Positions 1 to 11,285 of a stretch of 64,000 bases of DNA are shown here, in pieces. Every line of letters begins with the position of its first letter. Position 1 is the stretch's first letter. The stretch lies in contig NC_043009.1 in assembly GCF_006345805.1 (NCBI RefSeq), positions 59,086,001 to 59,150,000 of the forward strand, given 5' to 3'. The position numbers were made by a program, and so were the translations under genes. The DNA comes from Octopus sinensis. Its lineage: Eukaryota. The notes below the pieces were generated by a model. That model was not told the DNA's origin. It worked only from the letters and a program-made list of their open reading frames with translations, and did not search any database.

Positions 1-209
1 TGATAACTATAACTGACGTGTTGGCTTTAATTTCTCTATCTGTGTGTATTGGCATATCCCAGAGTATGGTTGCTTTCTCGTTTTCGGTGACCGTTTCTGG
101 CGTGTGCCTATACCATCTTTTTTCTGTTGTTATTCCATAATGTTGGCATAGCTTCCAGTGTATGTAGGTCCCAACTCTGTCGTGTCTGTGAATATATTCC
201 TTCTTAGCC
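1..209 (-). mobile_element. Fragment of R4/Dong-like RLE non-LTR retrotransposon (SINE/LINE family names in this list are my own working labels or clade-level calls); continues off the window start
   Basis: Minus strand translates AKKEYIHRHDRVGTYIHWKLCQHYGITTEKRWYRHTPETVTENEKATILWDMPIHTDREIKAN (RHD motif, region preceding the PD..D nuclease). About 92% identical by eye to 28816-28950. Confidence 0.9.
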
Positions 210-229
210 TTCACAGACACGACAGAGTT

Positions 230-233
230 ATTA

Positions 234-292
<59 letters not shown>

Positions 293-788
293 GTTATTAT
301 TATTATTATTATTGTTATTATTATTATCATTATCATTATTTTTATTTTTATCATTATTATTAGTAGTAGTAGTTGTTGTTATTGTAGTAGTAGTATTAGT
401 TGTAGTTGTAGTAGCAGTGGTGGTGGTAGTAGTAGTACTACTAGTAGCAGCAGTAGAGGTAGTGATGATGGTAGTAGTAGTGGTGTTGGTGGTGATGGTG
501 GTGTTAGTAGTAGCAGTAGAGGTGGTGGTGGTGGTGGTAGTAGTAGTACTACTAGTAGTAGCAGTAGAGGTGGTGGTGGTGGTGGTAGTAGTAGTAGAGG
601 TGGTGTTGGTGGTGATGGTGGTGTTAGTAGTAGTGGTGGTGGTGGTGGTGGTAGTAGTAGTAGTAGAGGTGGTGTTGGTGGTGATAGTAGTTGTAGTAGT
701 AGTAGAGGTGGTGTTGGTGGTAGTAGTGGTAGTGGTGGTGGTGGTGGTGGTGGTGGTGGTGGTGGTGTGGGTGATGGTGGCAGTAGTT

Positions 789-845
<57 letters not shown>
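230..845 (+). repeat. Compound trinucleotide microsatellite (ATT)n then (AGT/GGT)n
   Basis: Read directly; explains the poly-I/S/G/V ORFs in the track. Confidence 0.97.
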
Positions 846-849
846 ATTA

Positions 850-1255
850 CAGGTTTGAAATATATTGTAGACGGGACAGATGAGCTAATCATTATCAAAG
901 GTCCCACAATTATAATTATTTTCATTCAAGTTCATCATATTTCCCTTTCTCTTCTCCCGAGTTACCTTTGTCACGTCTCAGCTAGCTTCCCGCGACATCG
1001 AGACGTAAAACACTTTTCTCAAGGCATCTGCTCTTCCAAGTATGGCTCCCAACTGTGTTACTTCCTATACAGTCAGGTATTTTCAGCTTTATATGCCAGA
1101 ATATTGCTTTCCTTGCGAGGGCCACCAAAGCCACCGTGGTTCAATGGATGTGTTTCACTTCCAATGATATGTCTTGCTGCTTGTCAAATTTCTCTTTCTC
1201 TGTCTCCACTATATCCTGGTCTACAGGTATAGCTATGGAGATGAGCCATTCTTTG
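850..1255 (-). mobile_element. Degraded 3' end of an RLE-type LINE (ORF C-terminus plus 3' UTR)
   Basis: Minus strand gives SKEWLISIAIPVDQDIVETEKEKFDKQQDISLEVKHIH* ... AILGRADALRKVF, paralleling CFLIDVSIPADDNV...EKLSKYKDLEIE...ALLGTAHILRRTL of the intact copy at 28816. Confidence 0.75.
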
Positions 1256-1257
1256 GA

Positions 1258-1497
<240 letters not shown>

Positions 1498-1910
1498 GGA
1501 CTGAGTTCAAATATCACACTTGCCAACTTTGTCCTTCATCGTTTCTGGGTCGATAGAATAGAGAACCACCAAGGTGCTGGCGGTTGATGTAAATGACTAT
1601 CCTCATGGCCCTACAATTGTTGGCCTATTACCAAAATTTCAATCAATCATATATCTAAAAATTTATTCTTAAAGGATTGACAAATATTATCACAAGAGAG
1701 ACAATTATGATCGGTATATATCTCGAAATTATTATTATTGTCTCATAAACATTAATGAAAGACTGACAGTTATTACTATTATTATAGGTGGGACAATCAT
1801 TTTTATAAGTCTGACAATCATTATTATGAGTGGGCTGCTTATTATTATAAATTTAACAATTATAGTTTGGCAATTGCAATCATAAGTTTGACAATATTAT
1901 TGGTCTATTA

Positions 1911-2290
1911 GGACGGCGGGCTAGCAGAAACGTTAGCGCTCCGGGCGAAATGCTTAGATGTATTTCGGCTGCGCTACGTTCTGAGTTCAAATTCCGCCGC
2001 GGTCGATTTTGGCTTTCATCCTTTCGGGGTCGATTAAATAAGTACCAGTTACGCACTGGGGTCGATATAATCGACGTAATACGTTTGTCTGTCCTTGTTT
2101 GTTCCATCTGTGTTTATCCCCTTGTGGGTAGTAAAGAAATAGGTATTTAGTCTGTCTTTACGTTCGAAGTCGACTTTGCCTTTCATTCTTTCTGGGTCGA
2201 TAAAATAAGTACCAGTTGTGGCCTGGAGTTAACCTAATTGACTGGTCTCCTCCCCTAAAATTTAGGGCCTTGTGCCTAGAGTAGAAAGGA
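1911..2290 (+). mobile_element. SINE family B, dimeric copy (tRNA-like head, two ~184-bp modules, tail)
   Basis: Head GGCGGGCTAGCAGAAACGTTAGC, B-box-like GAGTTCAAATTCC, core CTTTCATCCTTTCGGGGTCGAT..AAGTACCAGTT present twice, tail GTGCCTAGAGTAGAAAG; more than 10 homologues in the window. Confidence 0.88.
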
Positions 2291-2330
2291 TTATTATAGG
2301 TCTGTTGCTCATTGTTGTAGATCTAACAAC

Positions 2331-2405
<75 letters not shown>

Positions 2406-2409
2406 AGTC

Positions 2410-2598
2410 AGTGAGCTAGCAGAATCGTTAGCACGGCGGACAAGCGACTTGCCGGCATTTTGTCCGTCGTTATATTCTGGGTTCAAATTTCATCCAGTCG
2501 GGATCGATAAATACGTACCAGTTAAATGCTTGTCTCAATATAATCGCCGTACCCTCTCCTCTAAAATTGTTTGCTCTGTGCCAAAATTTGAAACCAAT
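2410..2598 (+). mobile_element. SINE family B, old monomeric variant (tail GTGCCAAAATTTGAAACCAAT)
   Basis: Degenerate match to the head and core of family B; same tail variant as 54085-54490. Confidence 0.65.
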
Positions 2599-2933
2599 TT
2601 TATGATATACTAATATAATTAGAAGTCACAATACTCTTAATAATGATCATTCTTCCGTGCTGCTATCCCAGCGACCGGCGTTCGATCCTCCGCTTTCGAG
2701 GTACATTTATTTTTCTCAAGGCGGTGTACAGGCATGAATGCAGAATAATGATAGAAACAAGAATAAGATAAAAGAATAAGCTTGACAATAAATTCAGTGA
2801 GCTCGAAGAATATTTGTTTCCCCTGCGCATAATTCACTTTGACACTTCACCGATGTCCTCGTCTATCTTACATCGACCAACAGTGATTTGTATTCCGAAG
2901 TCTTTGCAGTCATTGCACAAAAATATATCTTTC

Positions 2934-2934
<1 letters not shown>

Positions 2935-2979
<45 letters not shown>

Positions 2980-3139
2980 ATTTCGAACTTCATCGTCGTC
3001 ATCATCATCATTATCTTCAGCAATATCATCATCATCACCATTATCATCATCGGCAGCAGCAGAAGCAGCAACAGCAACATCGTCATCATAATCAATATCA
3101 TCATTTTCATCATTATTATCAACATAATCATCATAAGCG

Positions 3140-3203
<64 letters not shown>

Positions 3204-3411
3204 TATCATCATCATTACCATCACCATCATCATCATTATCATCATCATTTTCCTCATCCTCATCCTCCTTCTCCTCCTCCTCATCATCATCAATTTCGCC
3301 TTAGTCGTCATCATGACCTTCAGCAACAGCAGAAGCAACATCATCATCATCAATTTCGTCTTCGTCGTCGTCATCATCATCATCATCGATGACAAGAACA
3401 TAAACAACAAT

Positions 3412-3465
<54 letters not shown>
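2935..3465 (+). repeat. Imperfect (CAT)n microsatellite
   Basis: Read directly; source of poly-H/S/M/D ORFs. Confidence 0.95.
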
Positions 3466-3715
3466 TTTAAATATATATGCCAGCATCACATTAGCATTAC
3501 TTTATGCTCTATTGTACTCCTCCCACTTCTAATACTCTTCCTCCTCCTCTTCCTTATCGCCCCCTGTATCATCACATTATATCTATCACTCGATCTGATA
3601 GCGAAAACTTTTGCCTAGTTAAGAAAGCATTATCACTTTTGCTGTTGTTGACATCATATTACAACAACAACAATAATAAGAATAATAATAATAAAATAAT
3701 AATAATAATAATAAC

Positions 3716-3758
<43 letters not shown>

Positions 3759-3772
3759 TAATAATAATAATA

Positions 3773-4247
3773 GTCTTGGTATAAAAGATGGGCTACAGCA
3801 AATATTCTGCTCAATACCACAGATTTGCTTGTCAGTTGTTTGACCTTAACCAGTTGAGCATGTCCCTTAGTGGCTGACGATATGTGGATCTCTGATCACG
3901 AGCAGAAGTAGTGGGGGAACATCATAGCCATGTGTTGAGAGGGATTCTTTGGGGTTTGAATAGTTCACCTCTGGAAACATGGTTGGTTCTTTCAACATCC
4001 TTAAACAACCCTTATTCAGGGACCGTTTGAGCGGGATGGGCTACTCAACCTGAAGAAAATTCTAACGGGCCCCCCACCTGCAAGGTCATGTGCTGTTTAT
4101 CTTGATATGAGATCACCACGTCGCGCACATATGGTTGTGATGCATGTGCCTGGTGTACCTTTATCAGACGGGTAGTCATGATGGGTATATTGGGCTTCGT
4201 ATATTTTACCCCAGTGTCACTTTGATGGCATAACTGCTCTCTCACTC
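3773..4247. mobile_element. 475-bp ORF-less insertion nested in an (AAT)n array
   Basis: Complex, comparatively GC-rich block with sharp borders; (AAT)n on both sides (3675-3772 and 4248-4345); no TIRs and no recognisable coding remnant. Confidence 0.55.
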
Positions 4248-4254
4248 AATAATA

Positions 4255-4312
<58 letters not shown>

Positions 4313-4634
4313 TATAATAATTATAATAATAATAATAATAATGCAGCGGATTAACAGAATCACTAATATGAATTAACATCATCATCATCAGCATCATTAT
4401 CCTCCTCCTCCTCCTCCTCCTCCTCCTCCTCCTCATCATCATCATCATCATCTTCATGGTTGTCAACGTTGCTTTCCACATTCAGTGCTGAAATAAACAC
4501 ACGACCAGGCAAGTATTCTGTATCGACCGAGGTCAATCGAATCTACAATTCTCCTTTGACCAACTCAGTAGACATATGTCTAAATCAGCATCAATTCGTT
4601 TTACAGTCACCATCCTCCTTTTCTTCCTCCATTT

Positions 4635-4711
4635 TGTTATTATTATTATTATTATTATAATTATTATTATTACTATTATTATTATTACTATTATTATTAT
4701 TATTATTATTA

Positions 4712-4748
<37 letters not shown>

Positions 4749-5100
4749 TATTATTATTATTATTATTATTACTATTATTATTATTATTATTATTATTACT
4801 ATTATTATTATTATTACTATCATTATTACTATTATTATTATTACTACTATTATTATTAGTACTATTATTATTACTAACGTTATTATTATTACTATTATTA
4901 TTATTACTATTATTATTATTACTATTATTATTACTATTATTATTATTACTACTATTATTATTATTACTACTATTATTATTATTACTATTATTATTACTAA
5001 CATTATTATTATTACTATTATTATTACTAACATTATTGTTATTATTATTATTGCTATTATTATTACTATTATTATTATTGTTATTGTTATTGTTGTTTTT
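4635..5100 (+). repeat. Imperfect (ATT/ACT)n microsatellite
   Basis: Read directly. Confidence 0.96.
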
Positions 5101-5463
5101 TTTATAATCAATTATATACCTACTACATGTCTTTATACTTCTCCGAAGCGTATCCTCCAACGTAGAAGAGATCTTTTTTGTTTCCTTGTAATTTCGAAGT
5201 TTAAATGATTGCATCAGGTGTGTTACAGTAACAGTATGTAATAAAATAGTATTGGATGCGCGCTGGTATGCGTCATTGACGTACAGTTTTACTGACCAAT
5301 TTAGTGACATCCTGCTCAATTGCTATTGCTGTCACTTACTTTAGCTAATGCCTGCAAGTTAATCTAGTGTCAAAGTCGGTTGGAATATGTACTATAAATA
5401 GCAGGTGTTGTTCTTGGATCACCGTTCGTTTACCTGGGTGGCATGTTTCTTGATGGCTCTAGA

Positions 5464-5620
5464 GGCAGAGGAGTGGCTGTGTGGTAAGAAGCTTGATTCC
5501 TTGCTATGTAGTACCGGTTTCAGTCTCACTGCGTGGCACCTTGGGCAAGTGTCTCCTACGATAGCATCGAGCCGACCAAAGCTTTGTGAGTGGATTTGGT
5601 AAACGGAACATGAAAGAAGC
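5464..5620 (+). mobile_element. SINE family A, 5' half only
   Basis: GGAGTGGCTGTGTGGTAAG (A-box-like)...CACTGCGTGGCACCTTGGGCAAGTGTC...GTGAGTGGATTTGGTA; runs into a TA array with no 3' half. Confidence 0.85.
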
Positions 5621-5639
5621 ATTTCGTGCGCACATATAT

Positions 5640-5862
5640 GTATAAATAGTAATATAAATAATATATATATATATATATGTGTGTGCATATATACATATGT
5701 ATATCTACACACTTACATATATACTTATATACATACATATATATATGTGTGTGTGTGTGGCGCTGCATTTAAATTGATGTAATGATTGCGTTGTTCAATT
5801 ATATGAAGCCGCTTGAAACAATCGTACTGCATCACTACTCTACAACCTGTATATTTTTCATA

Positions 5863-5904
<42 letters not shown>

Positions 5905-6006
5905 CGCATGTATGTGTGTATTCATATACGTGCGTGTATGTGTCTGTATGTAAATGAATGCATATGTCTGTATTCCTGTATGTATCTATGTATGAATGAA
6001 TGTACG

Positions 6007-6045
<39 letters not shown>

Positions 6046-6220
6046 ATATATATATATATAATATATATATATATATTATATATATATATATATCTATATA
6101 TATATATATGTATTCGGATATATTATGTGTTCTCTATCCGTGGATGTGTCTTGCAGTTATACCTTACAATATGTATATGCATACCCATAGATACACACAC
6201 ACATATACACGTATATAATT
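5640..6220. repeat. (TA)n/(TG)n microsatellite cluster
   Basis: Read directly. Confidence 0.93.
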
Positions 6221-6550
6221 ACATATTTTAAAAGCCAAAAGCAATGCAATTTATAAAAATGAACCAGGCTGATAGCTTTATCTATTATTTCGATATTTCC
6301 TGTTGAAGACCACGTACTCAAGAAATCTCTGAAGAAAAGTTGGTACTCATTAACTTCTCTCCTTTGTGGGAATATTTCATATGCGTCCTCATAACAAACA
6401 GTTGGCTGTCTGCGACTATTTTTTGTTATCAATGTATGCTGTCTATTTCTTTAATTAGAAGCGCTTCTTTAATTCACAGGTTTCCTATATTCCTTTCTAT
6501 GGCTTCAATGGAAACCTTGTCTGTGTTGGATGCTGCATTTCTATAGATGT

Positions 6551-6581
<31 letters not shown>

Positions 6582-7759
6582 TTTTGGCGGAAGATACCCT
6601 TAGCACAGAAGCGTAATGTAATGCTTATGTCTGATTTGCTGGTAGTATTCGTTGTATTAGCTGCACGTGATTCTATACCTAACGAAATAATTCAGACAAC
6701 TATTTTCCCTTTTTGTATGGATTAAGAACTCATTTGTGTTAATGCTTCTTCCATCAGTAAACATCTTCCGAAATTCCACAAACAAGGCATCCAGACTTTC
6801 ATTGAACTAATAGAAAGAAACACAGGAAAATTGAGTATAAAAGTTCTTTTTATTGAGAAATATACACGACGCATTAAGAACACGGCAGAGTTTCATGCAG
6901 AAAATTGGTTACTATAACGACAGATATGAAATACACACACGCTAAAGGATAAAGAAGTTAGCGAATACTATTTTTTTCCCCAAAGATTTCCTGACGAGGC
7001 GTTCCTTACCATGAAATATTAATATATCAAGTAAAGCTATCAACTTGTTATATTTTTATAAATTGCGTTGTTTTGGAGTTTAAAATATATAATTATAAGT
7101 ATTTATATATAATGAGACTATGCTTCGTGAAAACTATGCTGTTCTTATTTATACAAGCATGTATGAGTGTTTATGTTTGTGTATGTGTGTGTGTGTGTGT
7201 GTCTGGTGCGTGTGTGTATGTATATATATAAACTCATACTGACACACATATATATATATATTATCAAAGTCTGTATGCGTCATTATGCGAAATATTATAT
7301 AAGACACTATACATATACATTTACGCATATATATATACGTATATATTAATGTGTGTATGCAATATATACTATATACTGCTCATAAGGTTTCGCAATTTAT
7401 CTTGTGAAATATTTAGATAACATATTTATATTAATAATGATCTAACATTAAGTATATTATGAAGTCTGTAACATCTGACCGTCTGTTTGTAGACATAAAA
7501 CTGCGTCGAGTCCTTCGTCTTGTTAAACATCAGGTGTTTATTAAAACGAATAATAATGTATAACCAAAATGACCTCAGTTGTGTATGTGTGTAAATACAT
7601 ATGTGCTTGTGTAACCACTTGTCTAGTATTCAACATAAGTATTTGTGTTTTCAGCATCACTAGCTGGCCAAACCCACTGTTTTGCCGGGTAGATTTCTGT
7701 CATTAAATAACTGCAATTTTTTTTCTAATTTCCTCTCTAATAATCTTAAATTTTATCGG

Positions 7760-7962
7760 TTACTCTTTTTCTCTTTTACTTGTTTCAGTCATTTGACTGT
7801 GGCCGTGCTGGAGTACCATCTTTAGTCGAGCAAATCGACCCCAGGACTTATTCTTTGTAAGCCTAGTACTTATTCTATCGGTCTTTTTTGCCGAACCACT
7901 AAGTTACGGGGACCTAAACACACCAGCATCGGTTGTCAAGCGATATTGGGGGACAAACACAG

Positions 7963-8001
<39 letters not shown>

Positions 8002-8153
8002 CATATATATATAGATGACGGGCTTCTTTCAGCTTCCGTCTACCAAATCCACTCACAAGGCTTTGGTCGGCCCGAGGTAATATTAGAAGACACTGAACGC
8101 GGAACCATGGGGTTTGTAAGCAAGCTACTTACCACACAGCCACTCCTACGCCT
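7760..8153 (-). mobile_element. SINE family A, near full length with a deletion in the head
   Basis: Reverse complement of the family consensus including the internal CA/TA array and the GAGTAA-type tail; lacks the GCCCAAGGTGCCACGCAGTGGG segment at ~8094. Confidence 0.92.
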
Positions 8154-8379
8154 ATTTTATGTATTTCTCTTAAAAGCCCCACACGTAGAAACGGGCGCAT
8201 AAATGATTTTAACTATAAACGATTCTCAAGAATTTTCAAACGATATAGAATTTTGTCGTGAACTTGTACTGCCATTTCAATTTGATTCAAGTCACTTGCT
8301 TTACTCTAGTGCTAACTTTTAGCCCTCTATTAAATGTAATCCGAAAACCTTACAGAAGAAAAACCCGAACATGGTATTT

Positions 8380-8960
8380 GCAGATCACGAAGCCAATTTT
8401 GCTAACAAGATTTATCAACCCAAGGAAATTGCTGTTGAAAAAAAAATCGCCAAGCCCTTTATCGAGGAGATAACTCTTTGAATTACGACATCTTATTTGG
8501 TCCTTTGGAGCAATTCCAATATCGATTATTAGCGAGGTTTAAATCCACGCTCACAGATAGAGGAAAACTACAAATTTACGAAGTTTGATATACAAAATTT
8601 TTACCCATCAATTTCCGAAGTCCTATGAATGTATTAGTTACATTTCGCAGACACCTTTTCAGCTTTCACTTTCTGAAATTTCTATAATTCTGCCCGTTAA
8701 GGAAAATATAGTCTATCATGCAAATGTGTAGCTAGCGAAACGCTCTAGCTATCTGTTTAACGTTAACATAGGAGCCAAGAGTTGGCCATAAATAATGTTG
8801 GTGCTATATTTCCTTCCCCGTTTGCACACGTAGTTATCACATGTTATCAGCGGCTTATATAGAGATAATGGCCTTCGCATGCTTACAAACATAAATAAAC
8901 ATCAGCTACAACAATGATTTAGACATTTTTTCTGAATTTATCTTTAAAGTTAAAACTAAG
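8380..8960 (+). mobile_element. Degraded Penelope-like element (PLE) reverse transcriptase
   Basis: Motifs in the expected order across frameshifts and stops: DHEANF (8383), RFINPR (8408), FTKFDIQNFYPSISE (8575), LFNVNIGA (8753), SGLYRDNGL (8849). These match the PLE RT pattern DHKxNF / RLINP / FDIxxFYPSI / FDVxMG / GLYRDDGL. Confidence 0.75.
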
Positions 8961-9354
8961 ATAGTAAATTAAGGTTGTGCATTGTTCAACGTAGAAGATC
9001 GATATTTTCCGTGTAAATAGAAGCATGCACTATGTTTACTCTCTCTCTCTCTCTCTCTCTCTCGCTCTACATTTGTCCTAATTATCTTCTTTGCGCTAAG
9101 TTTTAAAATATTCTGACGAAGCTACATTTAATAACACATCGGAATATAATTCGATATAATTTCATAATGATTTCGATGAAAATAATTAGATACATTAAAA
9201 CGTTTTCTCAAAAACTCATACAAAATCAGAAATTCGAATAAGGAATACCGCCCCATATAACCCTTCTTTTTAAAAGCTATGTGACCCAGATTTTATTTAA
9301 ACCGTTTCTAAATCATCTCGTCTAACCACAACTAGTGTAAAATTCTATTCATCC

Positions 9355-9560
9355 ACTTTTATTACCGCCGCCTTCGCTAAGGCGGTGGTATTGTTTTTCA
9401 GTCACGTTTGCTTGTTTGTTTGTCCGTGGACACGATACTTCAAGAACCGCATGATGGATTAAGATGAAACTTTCAGGGATGTTTGACTTCAACACTGGCA
9501 CGAACTGATTAGATTTTGAGATCGATCTGGCACCGGACAAGGATTCTCGATTATTTGTTA
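9355..9560 (+). mobile_element. Possible non-autonomous Helentron-associated element (HINE/DINE-1-like) 5' part
   Basis: TTTTATTACCGCCGCC start, 12-bp hairpin 9363-9390, then GTTTGCTTGTTTGTTTGTCCGT microsatellite and GATGAAACTTTCAGG...GATTAGATTTTG; resembles recalled HINE architecture; 3' end not located. Confidence 0.4.
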
Positions 9561-10778
9561 TATTTACTTTACTTTACATGATTTCGACCTTACGTTAACT
9601 TTCAAGTCATTCACAACAATCTCCCTTTAGGCTGTAACTACTTTGAATAGTGAATTTGTTAACTTTGGCTTATATTAGATAAGGATAAACTATCTTTTAC
9701 TGTTACTAAATTTTTCTATAGCCACCTTCACATTCCATTACTAGCATTGGGATCGTTATTTTTTTTTACTTAATTTCTGAGAGCGGTCGGGTTCGTTTTT
9801 AGTATTCCCGTTTGTGAGATCAGTCGAGTTTATTTCAGATATTCTCAATTTAATTTGACTATATTTTCTTGCAAAGTGAATCACAGTTGAATATAGTATC
9901 TTGCAAAGTGAATCTCTATAGGCTACTAGATTTAACTAATACGGAAGTAAATTCCATATATTCATGACAAGAAGCCTTTAGAGAATATTCGCCACAAACA
10001 GAAGGTACACTTTCCATAACCTTATACGAACATTGTGAAACGCAGTAAAACTAAATAAGCACGACAGTATTTCATTAGATCTCATTAATTACTTTCCAGT
10101 ACATAATATTTACTCTAGTTCTGTTTACTAGTCACAACATAAGCTGCAGCTGTCTACTAAACTATTCCAGCATTATTAACGAACACAAATCAAAGTCATA
10201 TTCTATTAGTACTGTATGTAAACACCGTATTATAATGTCACCCAACTAAAAATATATGTTCAAAGAACCAAAAAATTCTAATATATTATGCAAAGACTAA
10301 AGTCGAATCATGAACAGCTGCATAAGCTTCTCATAACATAATTTTAAAAGAAAGGTACGCCAGCACAACGTCATGTTCTGACAATGCTCTGCACAAACAA
10401 ACAAAAACCGCATATTTTGAGATTTATATAGCAAACATAACATCAACAAAATAATCGTTTGTTTTATTTTATTTAATAATAATGTTTCCTTTAGATATAC
10501 AAGCTGAATGTCTTTAGACTAATATAATATATTAATTAACAAATTTATCGTTGACAAATGGTATTTATATTAAAATTTAAGCAATTTATATTAAAGAGTA
10601 ACATTATATAATTCATCATTCTATCCTGACAAAACAGCTGATGTTTGACGATTTACGAAAACCAATAATCTGAATAAACTGTCTTGTGAAAACTTCTAAA
10701 TAGATTTACTGATATACCAGAAGGAAACGTGAACTAATTAGTTAAGGACATTCATGAAGATAGTTTTGACAAGTAATA

Positions 10779-10834
<56 letters not shown>

Positions 10835-11137
10835 AACTGAGGAGGTGTGTCTGTCGGTCTGTCTGTCTGTGTATACATGCATACACACACACACGTTTAT
10901 ATATATATATTAAATCATCTTAAGAGATCGTCAACTTATAGGTTTGAACGAGTTTGCGAATATATCTTCGTGAGTGTTTTTTAGGTATGTATATGTATAT
11001 ACACATACATACTGTCAGCTGCACTTTAACTAAATCATCCCTCAATAGATTTCACTATGTTTCATAGTGTTCACATAAGGTAAGTCATGGCAGTAAAATC
11101 ATGTCTTCGTCTCAGTTTCACACAACGAATTCAATGA

Positions 11138-11213
<76 letters not shown>

Positions 11214-11219
11214 CTTTAT

Positions 11220-11284
<65 letters not shown>

Positions 11285-11285
11285 G
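11138..11285 (+). repeat. (CTAT)n followed by (TA)n
   Basis: Read directly. Confidence 0.96.

Noticed and set aside
2800-2930. Minus-strand IFLCNDCKDFGIQITVGRCK with a CxxC
   Set aside because: No usable splice acceptor (purine-rich microsatellite upstream) and no recognised domain.
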